Source: Octopus bimaculoides
Lineage: Eukaryota
Length of the DNA stretch: 64,000 nucleotides
Direction of reading: 5' to 3'
Assembly (NCBI RefSeq): GCF_001194135.2
Contig: NC_068983.1
Location: forward strand, 60,451,474 to 60,515,473
Of this stretch, positions 1 to 14,718 are shown in pieces. The first letter of the stretch is position 1. Each line of letters begins with the position of its first letter. Under the pieces are notes generated by a model. The model worked only from the letters and a program-made list of their open reading frames with translations, ran no database searches and was not told the DNA's origin. The translations under genes were made by a program, and so were the position numbers.

Positions 1-292
1 GTTGCCAGTGCCCCTGGACTGGCTCTTGTGTGGGTGGCACATAAAAGACACCATTTCGAGCGTGGCCGTTGCCAGTATCGCCTGACTGGCCTTCGTGCAG
101 GTGACACGTAAAAGCACCTACTACACTCTCTGAGCGGTTGGCGTTAGGAAGGGCATCCAGCTGTAGAAACTCTGCCAAATTTAGATTGGAGCCTGGTGTT
201 GCCATCTGGTTTCACCAGTCCTCAGTCAAGTCGTCCAACCCATGCTAGCATGGAAAGCGGACGTTAAACGATGATGATGATGATGATGATGA
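1..292 (+). mobile_element. (CAT/GAT)n-tail retroposon family A copy. Other copies: 1790-2140+, 3165-3545+, 3856-4028-, 7500-7830-, 11395-11490+, 15595-15780-, 18955-19170+, 20745-20936+, 28625-28810-, 48200-48566+, 53515-53690+, 62495-62650+
   Basis: Shared core aaagcacccactacactctc..gtggttggcgttaggaagggcatccagctgtagaaac...gcatggaaagcggacgttaaacgatgatgat. Confidence 0.85.
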
Positions 293-959
293 TATAAAAA
301 TCCCCAATACTATATACATGGTATGTTGTTTTTGATTTTTAACAAAATATCCTGATAATACACTTTAATGATTCGTTTTATAATCAATAATCAATATTTA
401 ATGATAATTTCTGAATCTCAGAATTCACTCTCAATAAATAAACTCTTTGACTCTCTCATTGATCAGACAGGAAAGCAATTAAATATAATTAACATGTATA
501 ATTACAATGGTGTGTGGAAGTGGAGCAGAATAACAGTTTGTTGATTGCATATTGATAAAATAATTAATTTGCTTTCTTTAAAAAACTGTCAAACATTTAT
601 TTTGCACCAGAAAATATATTTTGATTATATCTAAAATACAGAACAGATGGTGTATACATTGCCATAATAGCTAGTATGTGTTTCATAATTTATTACTTGT
701 CATCGTCGTCATCATCATCATGTCCACTTTTCTATCATTCTCATGTGGGCCGGACAGGTTTGTTGAGGCAAGTTTTCTGTGACTGGATGCCCCTCCTGTC
801 ATTAACCCTTGTCTGTTTCCAAACAAGGTGATATTTTTCTATGGTCAGAAATATTTTTTCTGGAAGACTAGAAATAAATGACATCACTTGTAGGATGGTT
901 ATATTCACTTACAACCATCACATGACATCAAGGCAAAGAGACAATAACACACACACACA

Positions 960-1025
<66 letters not shown>

Positions 1026-1030
1026 TATAT
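960..1030. repeat. (AT)n microsatellite. Others: (GA)n 2750-2797, compound CATA/TATG 4305-4470, (AT)n/(GT)n 10636-10700, 11650-11686, 20680-20743, 39925-39995, 46240-46272
   Basis: Read directly. Confidence 0.95.
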
Positions 1031-1339
1031 GATGGGCTTCTTTTCAGTGGCCTGGAGGTTATAGTAGAAGACACTTGTCCAAAGTGCTTTACAGTAGGAC
1101 TGAATCAGAAACGATGTGGTTGGAAAGCAAACTTCTTACCACACAGCCACATATGGTTGTATGTGATTAAATAACCTGGGTGTAATGTTTCGTTTTATGA
1201 TCCAGAAAGTGAAATCATTACAAAATGAGATATTTTACAATATTTCATTAAAGTTCAACAATTAAATGAAACTGGAAAAATGTTACTGTTTGAAACTTAA
1301 AGTTTATTTTGGAATTTTTCATAACTTTTTCTAGTAAAG

Positions 1340-1690
1340 TTTGCTTCCCAACCACATGGTTCCTGGTTCAGTCCCACTGCATGGCACCTTGGGAAAATGT
1401 CTTCTATTATAGCCTTGGGCTGACCAAATCCTTATGAGTGGATTTGGTCGTTGGAAACTGAAAGAAGTTTGTCATGTGTGTGTGTGTGTTCTCCACCACT
1501 GCTTGACAACCAGCACTGGTTTACATCCCCAAAAGCTTAGCAATTCAGCAAAAGAGACTGATAGAATAAGTACCAGGCTTTAAAAAAAAATAAGTGCTGG
1601 GGTCAATTCCTTCCACCAAAATTGTTCAAGGCAGTGCCCCAGCATGGCCACAGTCTAATGAATGAAACAAGTAAAAGATAAAAGATAAAG
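1340..1690 (+). mobile_element. SINE family C copy. Other copies: 6310-6670-, 12420-13000, 24760-24900+, 25560-25960-, 30010-30300+, 38640-39525- (interrupted), 42050-42390+, 45770-46070-, 49720-50010+
   Basis: Shared cttcccaaccacatggttcc.ggttcagtcccactgc.tggcaccttgggcaagtgtcttctactatagcc...(TG)n...aatgactgaaacaagtaaaagataaaag. Confidence 0.8.
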
Positions 1691-2101
1691 ACACAAGTGC
1701 TGAAATTTGTTGAGAGGGTCCTTGTTGATCACATGAACACAAGTTGTCAACTGGTACTCATTTTATTGACCCTGAAAGGAAAAATGGCAAGTGCCACCCG
1801 ACTGTCTCCCCGTGCCAGTAGCACGTAAAAAGCACCATCCAAATGTAGTCAATGCCAGACCCCTGCCCCGACTGGGTCTTGTGCCAGTGACATGTAAAAA
1901 GCACCATCTGAATGTGGTCGATGCCAGTGCCACCTAAGTGACTCCCGTGCCGGCGGCACATAAAAACCAACCACTACACTCTCGGGGTGGTTGGTGTAGA
2001 AACCTTGACAGATAAGATTGGAGCCTGGTGCAGCCTTCTGACTTACCAGCCCTCAGTCAAACCATCCAACCCATGCCAGCATGGAAAACAAACGTTAAAC
2101 A

Positions 2102-2142
<41 letters not shown>

Positions 2143-2736
2143 ATCCATGGAATTTGAGCTAAGAATGTTATGAGTCAGTAAAAATACTGCTCGTCAATTT
2201 GTCCCACATATTAACGATTCTTTTCTGCTCTAGGCACAAGGCCTGAAATTTTTTTGGGGTGGGGGTGGCAGTCAATTAGATCAACTCCAGTACGCAACTG
2301 GTACTTAATTTATCACCCCTGAAAGGATGAAAGACAAAGTCAACCTCGGTGGAATTTGAACTCAGAACATAAAGGCAGACAAAATACCACTAAGCATTTC
2401 GCCCGGCGTAGTTATCAATTCTGCCAGCTCACAGCCTTAGGAATTGTTCATTACAATAAGGAATGAAATGGGAATAAATTATTCGTAGGTGATGGATGTG
2501 GTGTATACCAACAGCTACCAAACTACTTATTGATTAACCAGTCTCTATTTGGTTGGACTAAAAGGCTCATCTTTACACACATCCATCATAGAAGGGACAT
2601 GGAATAAAATCAAAGATAAATATCATTCCATGCATGGAACATCTGGCAATTATTTTAACATGGATTTAATGGAATTTTTTAATTTTTTATGGTATTGTTC
2701 TCATAAATAGAACATACAGATGTCATTTATAATGAC

Positions 2737-2801
<65 letters not shown>

Positions 2802-3544
2802 AAGACAGGCAGACAGACATTTGATATAATTTAATATACATAATTTACAAAAGAGCTACTAATATTTCATGATTTAGAGATAGTTATTTTGCAGATTATA
2901 AAGCCATGTTTTGTGTCTCCAAGCAATTTTTTTTTTAAATACATTCAATGATATTCACTGAGCCTGAAAGATTGTTTGGAGATAGATGGCATGTTATATA
3001 AATCTGCCAAATTGCTGTACCACTAAAGCATGAAACGAGTCTTTTGTAAATTGTTATATTAAATTATATCAAATGATATTTATCTCTTATTGGGACAGAG
3101 TAACTTTTTTGTTGATTCTATCTAAAATGCAATAGTAAACTATATATGTGTGTATACACACACATCACGTAAAAAGCATCATCCAAGCATGGTCGATGCC
3201 AGTGCCGGCTGACTGGTCCTGTGCTGGTGGCACGTAAAAAGCACCATTTGAGTGTAGTCGTTGCCAGTGCCACCTGACTGGCTCCTGTGCCAATGGCATG
3301 TAAAAAGCACTATTCAAGCGTGGTCAGTGCCAGTACTTCCAGACTGGCCCTCGTGCCGGTGACACATAAAAAGCACCCACTACACTCTCGGAGTGGTTGG
3401 CGTTAGGAAGGGCATCCAGCTGTAGAAACTTTGCCAGATTAAATTGGAGCCTGGTGCAGCCTTCTGGCTTGCCAGCCCTCAGTCAGACCATCCAACCCAT
3501 GCCAGCATGGAAAGCAGACGTTAAACAACAACAACAATGATGAT

Positions 3545-3584
<40 letters not shown>

Positions 3585-4846
3585 GTTGTAACCCAAGCTA
3601 TGTTACAATTATTGTTATTCATAGTAAATTGTACAGTGGTTAGGGAGGTGTAATGGTGAGGGTGTGGGAAAGTAGTTGCTGTGCAGTCATGTAGTTCCAG
3701 TTTCAGTCCTACTGCACAGCACCATGGGTAAATGTTTTCTTCCATGGCCTCAGATTGACTTAATACCACAGGAATGGGATTTGCTAAAGGGTGAAATGTG
3801 TGATGAAAGCTTTGTGAGTGGATTTGCTAGACAGAAACTGAAAGCAACCCATCAGATCATCATCATCATCATCATCGTTTAACGTCCGCTTTCCATGCTG
3901 GCATGGGTTGGATGGTTTGACTGAGGACTGGTGGAACCTGAAGGCTGCACCAGGCTCCAATCTGATCTGGCAGAGTTTCTACAGCTGGATGCCCTTCCTA
4001 TCGCCAACCACTCCGAGAGTGTAGTTGGTATATATGAATATTATCATCATCGTTGTTTTAACATCCAAGTTTCCACCCTCACATGGGTCGAATGGAGTTT
4101 ATTGAGGCAAATTCTCTACAGACAAATGTTTTTCCTGTTGCCAATATTCACCTGTTTCCAAGCCAGCTAATATTTCCCCATGGCCAGGCCTATTTAAGTA
4201 GAATATTGGAAATGAAGGACACTGTTTGTATGGCAGTGATATTCATTTACAGCTACCACATGATGCCATGGCAAGGAGATACAAACATGTACACACTCTC
4301 ATACACACACATATATATATATACATATGTATGTACGTATGTCCATATGTATGAATGTACGTTCATATGTGCAAACATACAAGCATACATATATACATAT
4401 ATACATACATACATGCATGCATGCATGTATGCATGCATACATCCATACAAACAGACACACACACACACAGACAAATAGATAAACAGACCAGTCTATTTCA
4501 GTACAGTGAAGATTTGTAAGACATTCTAAAGATTCTCTATCTGAGATTCTTTGTGTGAGTAGATGCACACACTTAGTTGTGTGCATCGACAGATCAAACA
4601 ACACACCAACTCAATCACATATTTCCAAACATCAAGAACTCCCTTAACTCAAAAAGTTTTGTCACTTTATTAGTGAATGGCTTGAACTCTCTTAAGAAGA
4701 ACTTACACAAAGCATAAATCATAAATACATCTATGTGGGCTTTTGTCAGCCCCTGGTTACAATACAGGATGGCCACTGAAAGACTGAATGATATAAAACA
4801 AAAATAACCTTTACAAACAAATGTTTATTTTTTATTTTTTATTGTT

Positions 4847-5170
4847 TTATTTGGATGGAAACATTTTAAAGTCCAGTTTCAGAATCTTCTGAAACGATGT
4901 TCTGGCAATGCCTTGTTGAGCAGAGTGACGACAAGTAGAGGCTGATGGATCCTCAAGGACACTCTGCCGTACAGCTTCCACCACTGCATCAATTTGCACA
5001 GTGGGCTTAGGACCTGTTCCCAGAAGATTGCCGATTGATCCAGTTCTTTCAAACCAGTTGATTAGGTTCCAAATCACATCATTGCTAGGAGATACTCTGA
5101 CAGTAAAATGTTGCAGGTATTTTCTCTGAGTTTGAATAATTGGTCTTTTCACTGGAATAGAAAAACTCAA
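4847..5170 (-). mobile_element. Tc1/mariner transposase N-terminal HTH fragment
   Basis: IWNLINWFERTGSI...GPKPTV...VEAVRQSVLEDPSAST.RHSAQQGIARTSFQKILKLDFKMFPSK. Confidence 0.75.
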
Positions 5171-8100
5171 TGAGTTTTACTTATTGCTGGACATCATATG
5201 TAGCCAATTTTAATCCCCAAGGGATGCTCTATAAACATGCAAAAAAGAAAAAAGAAAAAAGATTGAAAATGAACAAGTTATGACTTTTTCAAACTCTCAG
5301 TTTTTCAGCAGCTGCCCTGTTGAAGACACTTGCCTAAAGTGCCATGTATATATGGATGTATAATGTGTGTTTGTACCTCCTGGTCATGACATCACATGGT
5401 AGTTGTAAATGAGTGTTACCAGCATCCAAGCTGTGTCATTTGTTTTCAATCTTCTGTTAAAAACATGTCCAAAACAGATGAAGGTTGGCAGCAGGAAAAG
5501 CATCCTGCAATATAAAAATGTCTAAATGGATTCTGTCTGACCCATGCAAACATGGAAAAGTGGATGTTAAAGCAATGTGATGATAACGACAGTACACACA
5601 CACATGTATGCACAAAAACACACACATGTCAGCAAAGGGTGTAAATGGTAGTGAAAAAAACTGTTGTTCTTCAAACAAAATTCTTTGCAATATTTGTTCT
5701 GCATCAAGTTACAGATACTTCTTTGTCACTTTTGCAACACCAGGAATGTAGTGATCCAGTGATTCACCTGGTTGAAACCAGTTACAAGCAACATCATTGT
5801 TTACTGATGTTATAAAAAAACAAAAAAAAAAAAAACAGGACACTCCAGTGTTTTTAATTATGATGTAAATTTATCCAGTATGCTTATTTAGAATAAAATT
5901 TCATTAGCTAAGAGCAGTTTTTCAATGCAAAAGATTGCTATGTTTAATTAATCGTTCAAGAATAAAGAAATTAAAACATCTGTAGCTACTTCCATATTGT
6001 CAAGTATCTTCTGTCTCCAATTCTATTTTAGTTCAACAGGAAAGCAGTGAATGAACAGGTTTCCTATATCAGAGTCGACAAATTTCTTTTTGACATGTGG
6101 TTGGCTCTGATTACATGCTACTTACAATGCACAATGAAGTAGAAATGCATCTAGCATTCTCCCTGTTGCAAAGACAACATTTGTTTCCCTCCAATATATT
6201 TTGTGTTTTTAAACACAGCCCATCTGTATGATATGTCATTTCAGGATGAATACTACAGTAAATTTGCCATTCAATGATGTATTGACATTAAGTATATCTT
6301 CTATTTTTACTTGTTTCAGTCATTAGACCACGGTCAGACTGGGACACTACCCTGGAGAATTTTAGTCACATGAATCAACTCCAGTACTTTTTTTTTAAGC
6401 CTGGTATTCATTCTATTGACCACTTTTGCCAAACCACTAAGTTATGGGGATGTAAACACAACAAAGAACAATTATTAAGTAGTGGTGGGGGACAAGTATA
6501 CGCACACACACACACACATACATGTAGGTTTCTTTTAGTTTCTGTCTACCAAATCCACTCAACAAGGCTTTAGTTGGCCTGAGGCTATAGTAGAAGACAC
6601 TTACCCAAGGTGCCATGCAGTGGAACTGAACTCAGAGCCATGTGGTTGGGAAGCAAGCTTCTTACCACACATCACACTATATATATATCAATGACAAGCA
6701 TTGTTGAACTCACTACTACATGCTAACAAAAGACTTATAACTACTCTTACAGTGTTGCTGATGCTTATGGCTATACTGATTTTATGAAGGAAAACCCTAT
6801 ACATAATCTTTATCATTTTTTCCATGCTGACATGGGTTGGATGGCTTGACAGGATCCAATGAATCTGAGGTTTGCATCATGTTCCAATGTCTATTTTGGC
6901 ATCGTTTCTATGGCCAAACACCTTGCCTAATGTTAGCCGTTTTATAGAGTGTATTGGATGCTTTCTTCTTTTCTTTTAAGGCACCAGCACCAGTGAGGTA
7001 GTCCTGTATTTTACAAGACCAAGGACCTCTTTGTTTCATTAGTGATACAGTAGAGAGGAAAGCATGTCTATGCTGCGAGACAATATTCATAAAAATATTA
7101 TTGACTTCAAAGTTTCGTTTGTACCATTTATCCATTATGCACTTCAAATGATTTATGGAAAGTACCATGTCTTATATTTGTAAAGAATAAGAGAAATAAA
7201 ATTGTCTGATGTCTCTGTTGTTCCCAAGAACGTCAACAGCCTCATAAGTGAAGTAAAATAAATAGACATGACTGGGAATTGAAAATGTGACTCTCCAAGA
7301 AGTATCACTATTAGACAACAATGGCTACTTGGAAAAATTAAAAAATAGCACTTAATGTAATGATAACTAAACATTGTTATAGAATATCAATATAACTACT
7401 TTGCCTGTTTTCTCACCAGTCACACTTAAATGTTGAAGTGCCAAACTGTAATCTCATGAACATAGAAATTGCAAATGCACACACACACACACACACAAAA
7501 TCATCTTCATCATCATTTAACTGTCATTCATGCTGGCATGGATTGGACAATTTGACAGGAGCTGGCAAGCCGGAGGGCTGCACCAGGCTCTAGTCGTCTT
7601 TTGGCATGGTTTCTATGGCTGAATGTCCTTCCTAATGCCAACCACTTTACAGAGTGTACTCGATATGTTTATGTAGCAGCAACATGAGTGCATTTTATGT
7701 GCATTTGTCATGTGGTGCTGGCACATAACATGGATGTTTTACAAGGCATCAGCATGGGTGCTTTTTACATGTTGCTGGCCCAGGTGCTTATTACATGACA
7801 CTGGCCCAGGTGCTTTTTACATGGCATCTCATGGCAATATAATGACATAACTCTGTTATGTTACTACTAGAATTTGAAATCTTTTAGTATTTGTGAAACA
7901 TTCATTTTAATGAACAGCCATATAAAAGAAACCACTGTGAGATATTAGAGTAACTTTAATTACTTACATCAATAACATTGATTGATCTGTTGAGTGAGGT
8001 CTCGACTGGATTGTAGTTTGTGGATGTTAGAGAAGTAAAAGGAGAATTGATCAACAGATATAGGTTTAGTTTAGGGATCTCAGCAAGTTTATAGGGTGTT

Positions 8101-8888
8101 TTTGTGTCAGGAACCTACCATGAATACTTGAGAAGAGTGAACTCCAATAAAGGTACCCGTGGGGCAGAAGATAGTAGTATTAAACTGAGGGGGTGATATG
8201 TTCCTTATTCCAAAAAAATGGTGGGAGCATCAATGTCAGATAACATAAGGCTTTATTATATACATACACAAGGCAGCAAGCTAGCAGAATTGTTAGCATG
8301 CTGGACAAAAGCAGTATTTCACCTGTCTTTACGTTCTGAGTTTAAATGCCACCAGGGTCGACTTTGCCTTTCATCCTTTCAGGATCGATAAATTAAGTAC
8401 TAATAAAACACTGGAGTTGATGTAATTGCCTGGTCCCCTCCCCCCAAATTTCAGGCCTTGTGCCTATAGTGGAAAGGATTATTATATACATACACAAGGT
8501 GGCGAGCTGGCAGAATCGTTAGCACACCAGGCAAAATGCTGCTATGTCAATTGTATTTCTCTATTTGTGCGCACAAACAAACAAAAAGCAATGCAGTGTG
8601 AATAACGGTCAGAGTCAACAACTATTGAAAAGGTGACAAGACACAACGAAAATTTTAGAAAAATAAAAAAGAAATAAGTGGAAATTTTACCAGTGAGTGT
8701 GTTGAATTATAAGGCACTAAAAGAGAATGACTCTCCCCAGACACAACAGAATATGCTTCAACACATGAACTCACATAAAAAATCTTGCAAACCAAATCCA
8801 AAAACGAAATATATATATATATGTAATAAATCAAATAAATCAGATAAATCAAACAATTTATCACATTATAATATAATATACTATAAAT

Positions 8889-9736
8889 ATAAGATAAGAT
8901 AATATAACCAATTTAAAAATAAAATAAAGCCAACAATTTGTTTCGACTTGTATGCATTATTTGATTTATAAACAATTCATATCCATGTATACAAGTCTCT
9001 TCAGGGTTTTGGTTCAAAAGACAGACGAAATTCCATGTAAAAAGACTGCCAGATTGCAAAATACTGATTCAAAATATCTATATTATTTTGAATAATTTAT
9101 GTCAGTAACAATACATGATTGAGAGGGGTTATTATATATTATCATTACATATAATTTATATATTTTCTTTGAGTAATAATAAATATATGGCTAGTATCAC
9201 ATATAAATAAATAGTTGATATACTAAAAATATGTTCTTTTGAACATGTATAGGCTTATCTATAGAATAAATATGGATTTACACGATTAATCCATCAATAA
9301 AACTAAGTGAAACATTGATACTTTATTTATTTATATCATTATTATTATTATATATTATTAAAATGGCCAGTGATTCATTTTGATTTAAATACATTTAGAT
9401 TAATATTATTAGAGATATAGAAAAACATTTTTGAATATTATAAATTTTCTTTACTTAATTAATTTATCCGTTTGAATTTTGATGTTCTTTTGTTGTATTT
9501 ATGCTTTGAATTGTTAATGCTCACGTTCCTAAACATAGGTATTTTGAATCAGTATTATGCAATATGCCAGTCTTTTACATGGAATTTCGTCTGTTTTTTT
9601 GAACGAAGGATCTGAAGAAACTTGTATACATAGATACAAATTGTTTATAAATCAAATAATGTATATAAGTTGAAACAAATTGTTGGCTTTATTTGGTTTA
9701 TTTTTTTGAAAATTGGTTATATTATCTTATCTTATA
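8889..9736. repeat. Foldback/MITE-like element with about 190-bp inverted arms around an AT-rich core
   Basis: aagataagataatataacc...gacgaaattccatgtaaaaagactg...tactgattcaaaata (about 8890-9076) is mirrored at about 9540-9736. Confidence 0.8.
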
Positions 9737-9740
9737 TTAT

Positions 9741-9835
9741 TACATTCAGAACCAGAGATAAGGAAACCATGATGGTCCTCTGGAAGACATTTGTCCTCAG
9801 CCGCCTGGATTACTGCTCCCAGCTATGGTCACCTA
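9741..9835 (+). mobile_element. CR1/L2-like LINE ORF2 C-terminal fragment
   Basis: TFRTRDKETMMVLWKTFVLSRLDYCSQLWSP. Confidence 0.7.
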
Positions 9836-9934
9836 ACAGTGATCATCTCTTTGCAACAACTCAGCTACTGGAAAAGACTGAAACAGCTAATTCTTCTGTT
9901 TACAGCAGTGCTTTGAAGGAAGGTGTGTAGTCTG

Positions 9935-10470
9935 TGATTATTGCACTGACCATGACAGAGAAAGTTGTCATGGCAATACTTGCTCAGAGGCCTACACAAA
10001 GTTGCAGAAAGTGTATGAGCCACACACAAGTGTACAAGTGGTTCAGACGTTTCCAAGATGGCTGAAAAAATGTTGATATTGACGAATGTACTGGGAGACC
10101 TGCAAGCAGCAGAACTAAGAAAAACATCACAGATGTGCATGCAGCTGTGAAGAGAAATTGTTGAATCACCATCTGTGAGTTATAAGAGGATGTGCAGATT
10201 AGTTATAGTTCAGTTCAGTCCATTGTCAATGAAGATTTGGGTATGAGACGTGTGCTTGCCAAGTTTGTGCCAAAAGTGCCTTCAGCTGACCAAAATGATA
10301 CTCTAGTATCAGTTGCACAAAATCTCCTTGATTGTGTCAAGAACGATGAAAACTTTCTGAAAATTTTGCATAGACCTCTAAGCAGGTATTGCCAAGCTTT
10401 TGTCAAAATTTGATGCAGGTTCTCTGCTAAACTTTGTCATGGTCAATGTGCTGATCACATGCTACACACC
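9935..10470 (+). mobile_element. Mariner transposase N-terminal relic
   Basis: QVYKWFRRFQDG...DE.TGRP...; VQSIVNEDLGMRRVLAKFVPK...QNLLDCVKNDENFLK; contains stops. Confidence 0.8.
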
Positions 10471-10632
10471 TTCCTTCTAAGCACTGATGTAAACAGCGGA
10501 AGTGAGCTAGAAAGTTAAAAGTTAGTGCACCTGCACCGCAGTGTTGAAGGTCAATCTGTGCCAAGCGGCTTCATCCTGCATGCTTTAGTTTCGTTACTAT
10601 GGCAACAGTCTGGATACTTATTGAGCTGACCA

Positions 10633-10703
<71 letters not shown>

Positions 10704-11638
10704 TCAATTTATAAATGTTCTAAAATCTTCAGAGCCTTGGTTTTTTATCTCATTTTTTCATATATTCACATGCTGATATATGACCTACCTTGGACTCCTT
10801 ATTCGCATAATCACTGAACCTGGGGCTTAACTATGGTTTGTCCATAGCACTTACTCAGCATTACCTGACAACTCTGGGTCTTAGTGACACCATTACCTCT
10901 CATAGCATATATATATAATTAAATTAAAACAATAGGGTAAAAAATTGGATATTAATTAATATCAATTTAATACCATGTGCTTGTTCCCTGGTGTATATAT
11001 ATATATATAGTATTGACTTATAAACCTCTAATATATTTGGTAGTATATTATGGTTGCAAAACAAAATACTGTGTCCCTACCAGCAGTAACACACACACAC
11101 ACACATACATACAGGGTTGGCCAAAAGTCACCAGACAGTAAATCAAAATTCCATGAATACTTAACCCTTTTGTTACCATATTCCTGTTGAGATGCTCAAT
11201 GTTTCTTTCAATTAATTTTAAATATAACAAAGAATTTAGTAAAATAGCTTAGTTATCATTCAGCTAGTGTTAGGAACATTAATTGTGACTAAGGTTTGGT
11301 GGAAGATTTTAATTCAAAACTTATGAAAACAAGACATTTGTACTACAGAGCCAGAGGCAGTTTCAGCCAGGTTGGTATCAGAAACGTTAATCGGTGTAGC
11401 CATCTGGTTTTACCAGTTCTCAGTCAAATTGTCCAACCCATGCTAGCATGGAAAGCGGACGTTAAACGACGATGATGATGATGATGATGATTCCAATTAT
11501 GAATGCTGTGAGTTAAAATCAGTTTTTTCTCTCAATATTTGTCTATTTATTAGTCTCATATAAAATAATTTTTTGTTTTAATCTTGGAATTAAATGGTTT
11601 TAAATTACTGTCAGGTGACTTTTGGCCAACCCTGAATG

Positions 11639-11687
<49 letters not shown>

Positions 11688-14272
11688 GTATGTGTGTATG
11701 TTAATTGCTCAACCCTGAGATGCTACCAAATATATTAAGGGTTTATAAGTCCTACTTTTGTGTTAGCAATGCACTGTTTTAATTTTTAATTTTACCTCTA
11801 CAGATTTTGTATAGAACCCAGAGCCAGTATTGGAAGTTACATTTTGTATATGAATACATCTATGTAAACAATGTGATCAAAGACAGAAAAATGGGTTAAG
11901 GGAAGACATGCATGTTTCAAGACTTATTGTTCCCTCCTCAGCACCACATCCAACCCATTAACTATCCATGAATACATTGGTTAAATACCCACTATGTTTA
12001 GTGATATAATACTATTGGAGAGAACAATTTACATATCAACACTGAAGAAGGAGCAATAACTTCTGAAATATGCATATACACCCAATACCTATTTTTCTAA
12101 CTTCAATCACATTGCTCACATAGATGTATTTGTATACAAAACATAACTTTCAGTTCTGGCTCTAAATTCTATTGAAAATCTGTAAACTTTCAAACACACA
12201 CACACACACACATATATATATGCACTCATTAATGAGTGTCAAATGACTAAAACAAGTAAAAAATAAATGATAGTCCTTGGACACATTGGATCCTGTCAAA
12301 CTGTCTAACCCATGCCAGCATGGACTACAGACGTTAAATGATGATTCATTTGCTCTATGTAGAGACATATTTTCAAAAGGTGACTCAGTCATAATCAGTA
12401 CCTTGGGAGATCTTTCATTTTATATCTTTTACTTATTTCAGTCATTACAATTGTGGCCATGCTGGGGCAACCACCTTGAAGAATTTTAATTAAGTGAATT
12501 GACCCCGGTACTTATTTTTTTAAAACCTGATATTTATTCTGTCAGTCTCTTTTTGCCAAACTATTAAGTTTTGTTGTGCATAAACACCACAATACCAGTT
12601 GTCCCCAGTGGTGGGGGACAAACAAACACACATGCATACATAATAAGTCTGGTCCTTATTCTATGAATTTTTTTTCTGAATCACAGTTATGGAGATGTAA
12701 ATAAACCAACACTGGTTATCAAGTAGTGAGTGGGGGACAAACAGACACAAACACAAAACTACATATATGTATGTATGTACCAGACATATTGTCTGTGTAT
12801 GTTTTTGTTGCCACTACCAATTGACAACTGATGCTGGTGTGTTTATGTCCATGTAACTCAGTGGTTCGGCAAAAGAGAACAATAGAATAAGTACTAGGCT
12901 TTAGAAAAAAAACAAGTGGTGGGGTCCAATTCATTTGACTGAAAAATTCTTCATGGCCAGACATGACTGAAACAAGTAAAAGATAAAAGATCTCACTGGG
13001 GTATTATGAAAAGAAAGTGAAAATGCTGAAAGAAATGCCACGAGTATTACATAAGATCTGAAATCTCCATGAAAATGTTATTTTTACTGACTACGAGAAA
13101 GATTAAATGGATAGCAAGTGATACTGAGATTCAATTTATTTCAGAAATTCAAGTAAATGTCTCTCTTAAAATTAATAAATGATGTAATGAGTGAAGTGAA
13201 TAGTGACTTCGAATGAAGTTACCCAATAATTTAGAAAGGAATGAAATATGAATCAATTTAGGAAATAAATTTGTCTTTGAAATCCTGTCATCTTAAATTA
13301 ACAAGTTCATTCGATAAGGTGAACTGCTTAATTACAAAAAAATTCTCAGAGGATACCAACTTAAAAATTCCAATTTATTAAGCCTACTTCATTTTTAATT
13401 AGAAAGAAAATTCAAATATCTATTTAAATAGATAAAAATCTTCTAAAAATCAATACTTTGATTTATTTTAAATCATTGTCTCTGATATTCTGTCAAATAT
13501 TCACTAGATTTTAAGATACTTTTATAAACATTGAAAATAAATGTTTATGGTACAAATTTTAATTTCTAATAAAATTCCTAATATATTTTTCTATCCAGCT
13601 TAAAAAATCTGGTTTTGTTTGTTGGCTTTTGTAAAAAAAGTTGTTATTGTTTCCTGTTGTCTTTTTGGAAACAGATAAAAAAATAAATAACTAATTTATG
13701 AGTCAAGTGTAGAGGTTGAACATAGAAAAATAAATGCCTGATTTGTGAATCAATTAGGGATCTTGGTTAACAGAAATATCTAAACAGTGGGTACCAAAAG
13801 CAGTGAAACAACACTTGTATTGGTGTTTGCATTGTAAGCTGTTTATATATTTTTTAACTTTTCCTTCCAGGACCATCACAGCTGGGGAACAACTGTAATT
13901 GTAAATTCCATTACAACTGGTGTGGTTTCTGCAATGAATTAGCAAGAATTATGAGACACGCCTCCAAAATATTAATATCTAAAATTTGAGACGGTTTTAA
14001 CAAATTTCACTTTGATTGTTTTATTTTGGGTCATTTTTCAAGTTGCTGCCTTTTTTTAAAAATTTTTTTTACACAAAATAAACCCCCATCTTCCATGTGC
14101 CAATCAATTATTTTTGTCTTTTTCTGTGCTTTAATAATAATAATAATTAACTTTGAAGAAGCTTAAAAAATACATATTTACATAAGAATACAACCAGGGA
14201 ATGCTTTGCATATAAAATAAGCCATTGTGAAGATAAGTTTTTTTTTTTGTTTTTTTTTTTTCTCAATAAAAT

Positions 14273-14631
14273 TTAAGAAGTTGATCGAGCCTCTTCCACA
14301 CTAACAGGGCTCCGAGTCCTACTCATAGATTTATTGTTAGAGGTTCCGTCTAAAATTGCAGGATGCATTGTAAAATGTCCTGATGAATTTGCAGATGAAG
14401 AAGATGAAGATGCACAGAGAGTTTTTACATGAACAGAGTTCATGGTCTCATGGTCAGTCAGCTGGCTGCTGTCAGGACTAGGAGATGTAGAATGCATATA
14501 CAAACTACTACTGTCTGCTAGAAGGCCTTGCCGTTTGGATTTACTAATCTCCAATAAATGATCAAAGCACTGAGATTTCCTCTTTAGTAATTCCTTCTTG
14601 TGTTCAGCTTCTGCAACTCGACGTCGAAGTT
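14273..14631 (-). CDS. GMEB: GMEB-like protein, terminal coding exon
   Basis: Acceptor ttttattag, phase 1. Reads (E)LRRRVAEAEHKKELLKRKSQCFDHLLEISKSKRQGLL, then a Ser-rich tail to EEARSTS*; stop TAA at 14273-14275. Confidence 0.82.
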
Positions 14632-14718
14632 CTAATAAAGAAAAGATAAACAGAATTCATATAAACAGAATAATTCTAATATCCTCTCTGTAAGAAAATT
14701 TATTTAATCATCTGTAAC

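Noticed and set aside
841-1174. YIYIYI, HTHTHT and CVCVCV ORFs throughout the window
   Set aside because: Translations of dinucleotide microsatellites.
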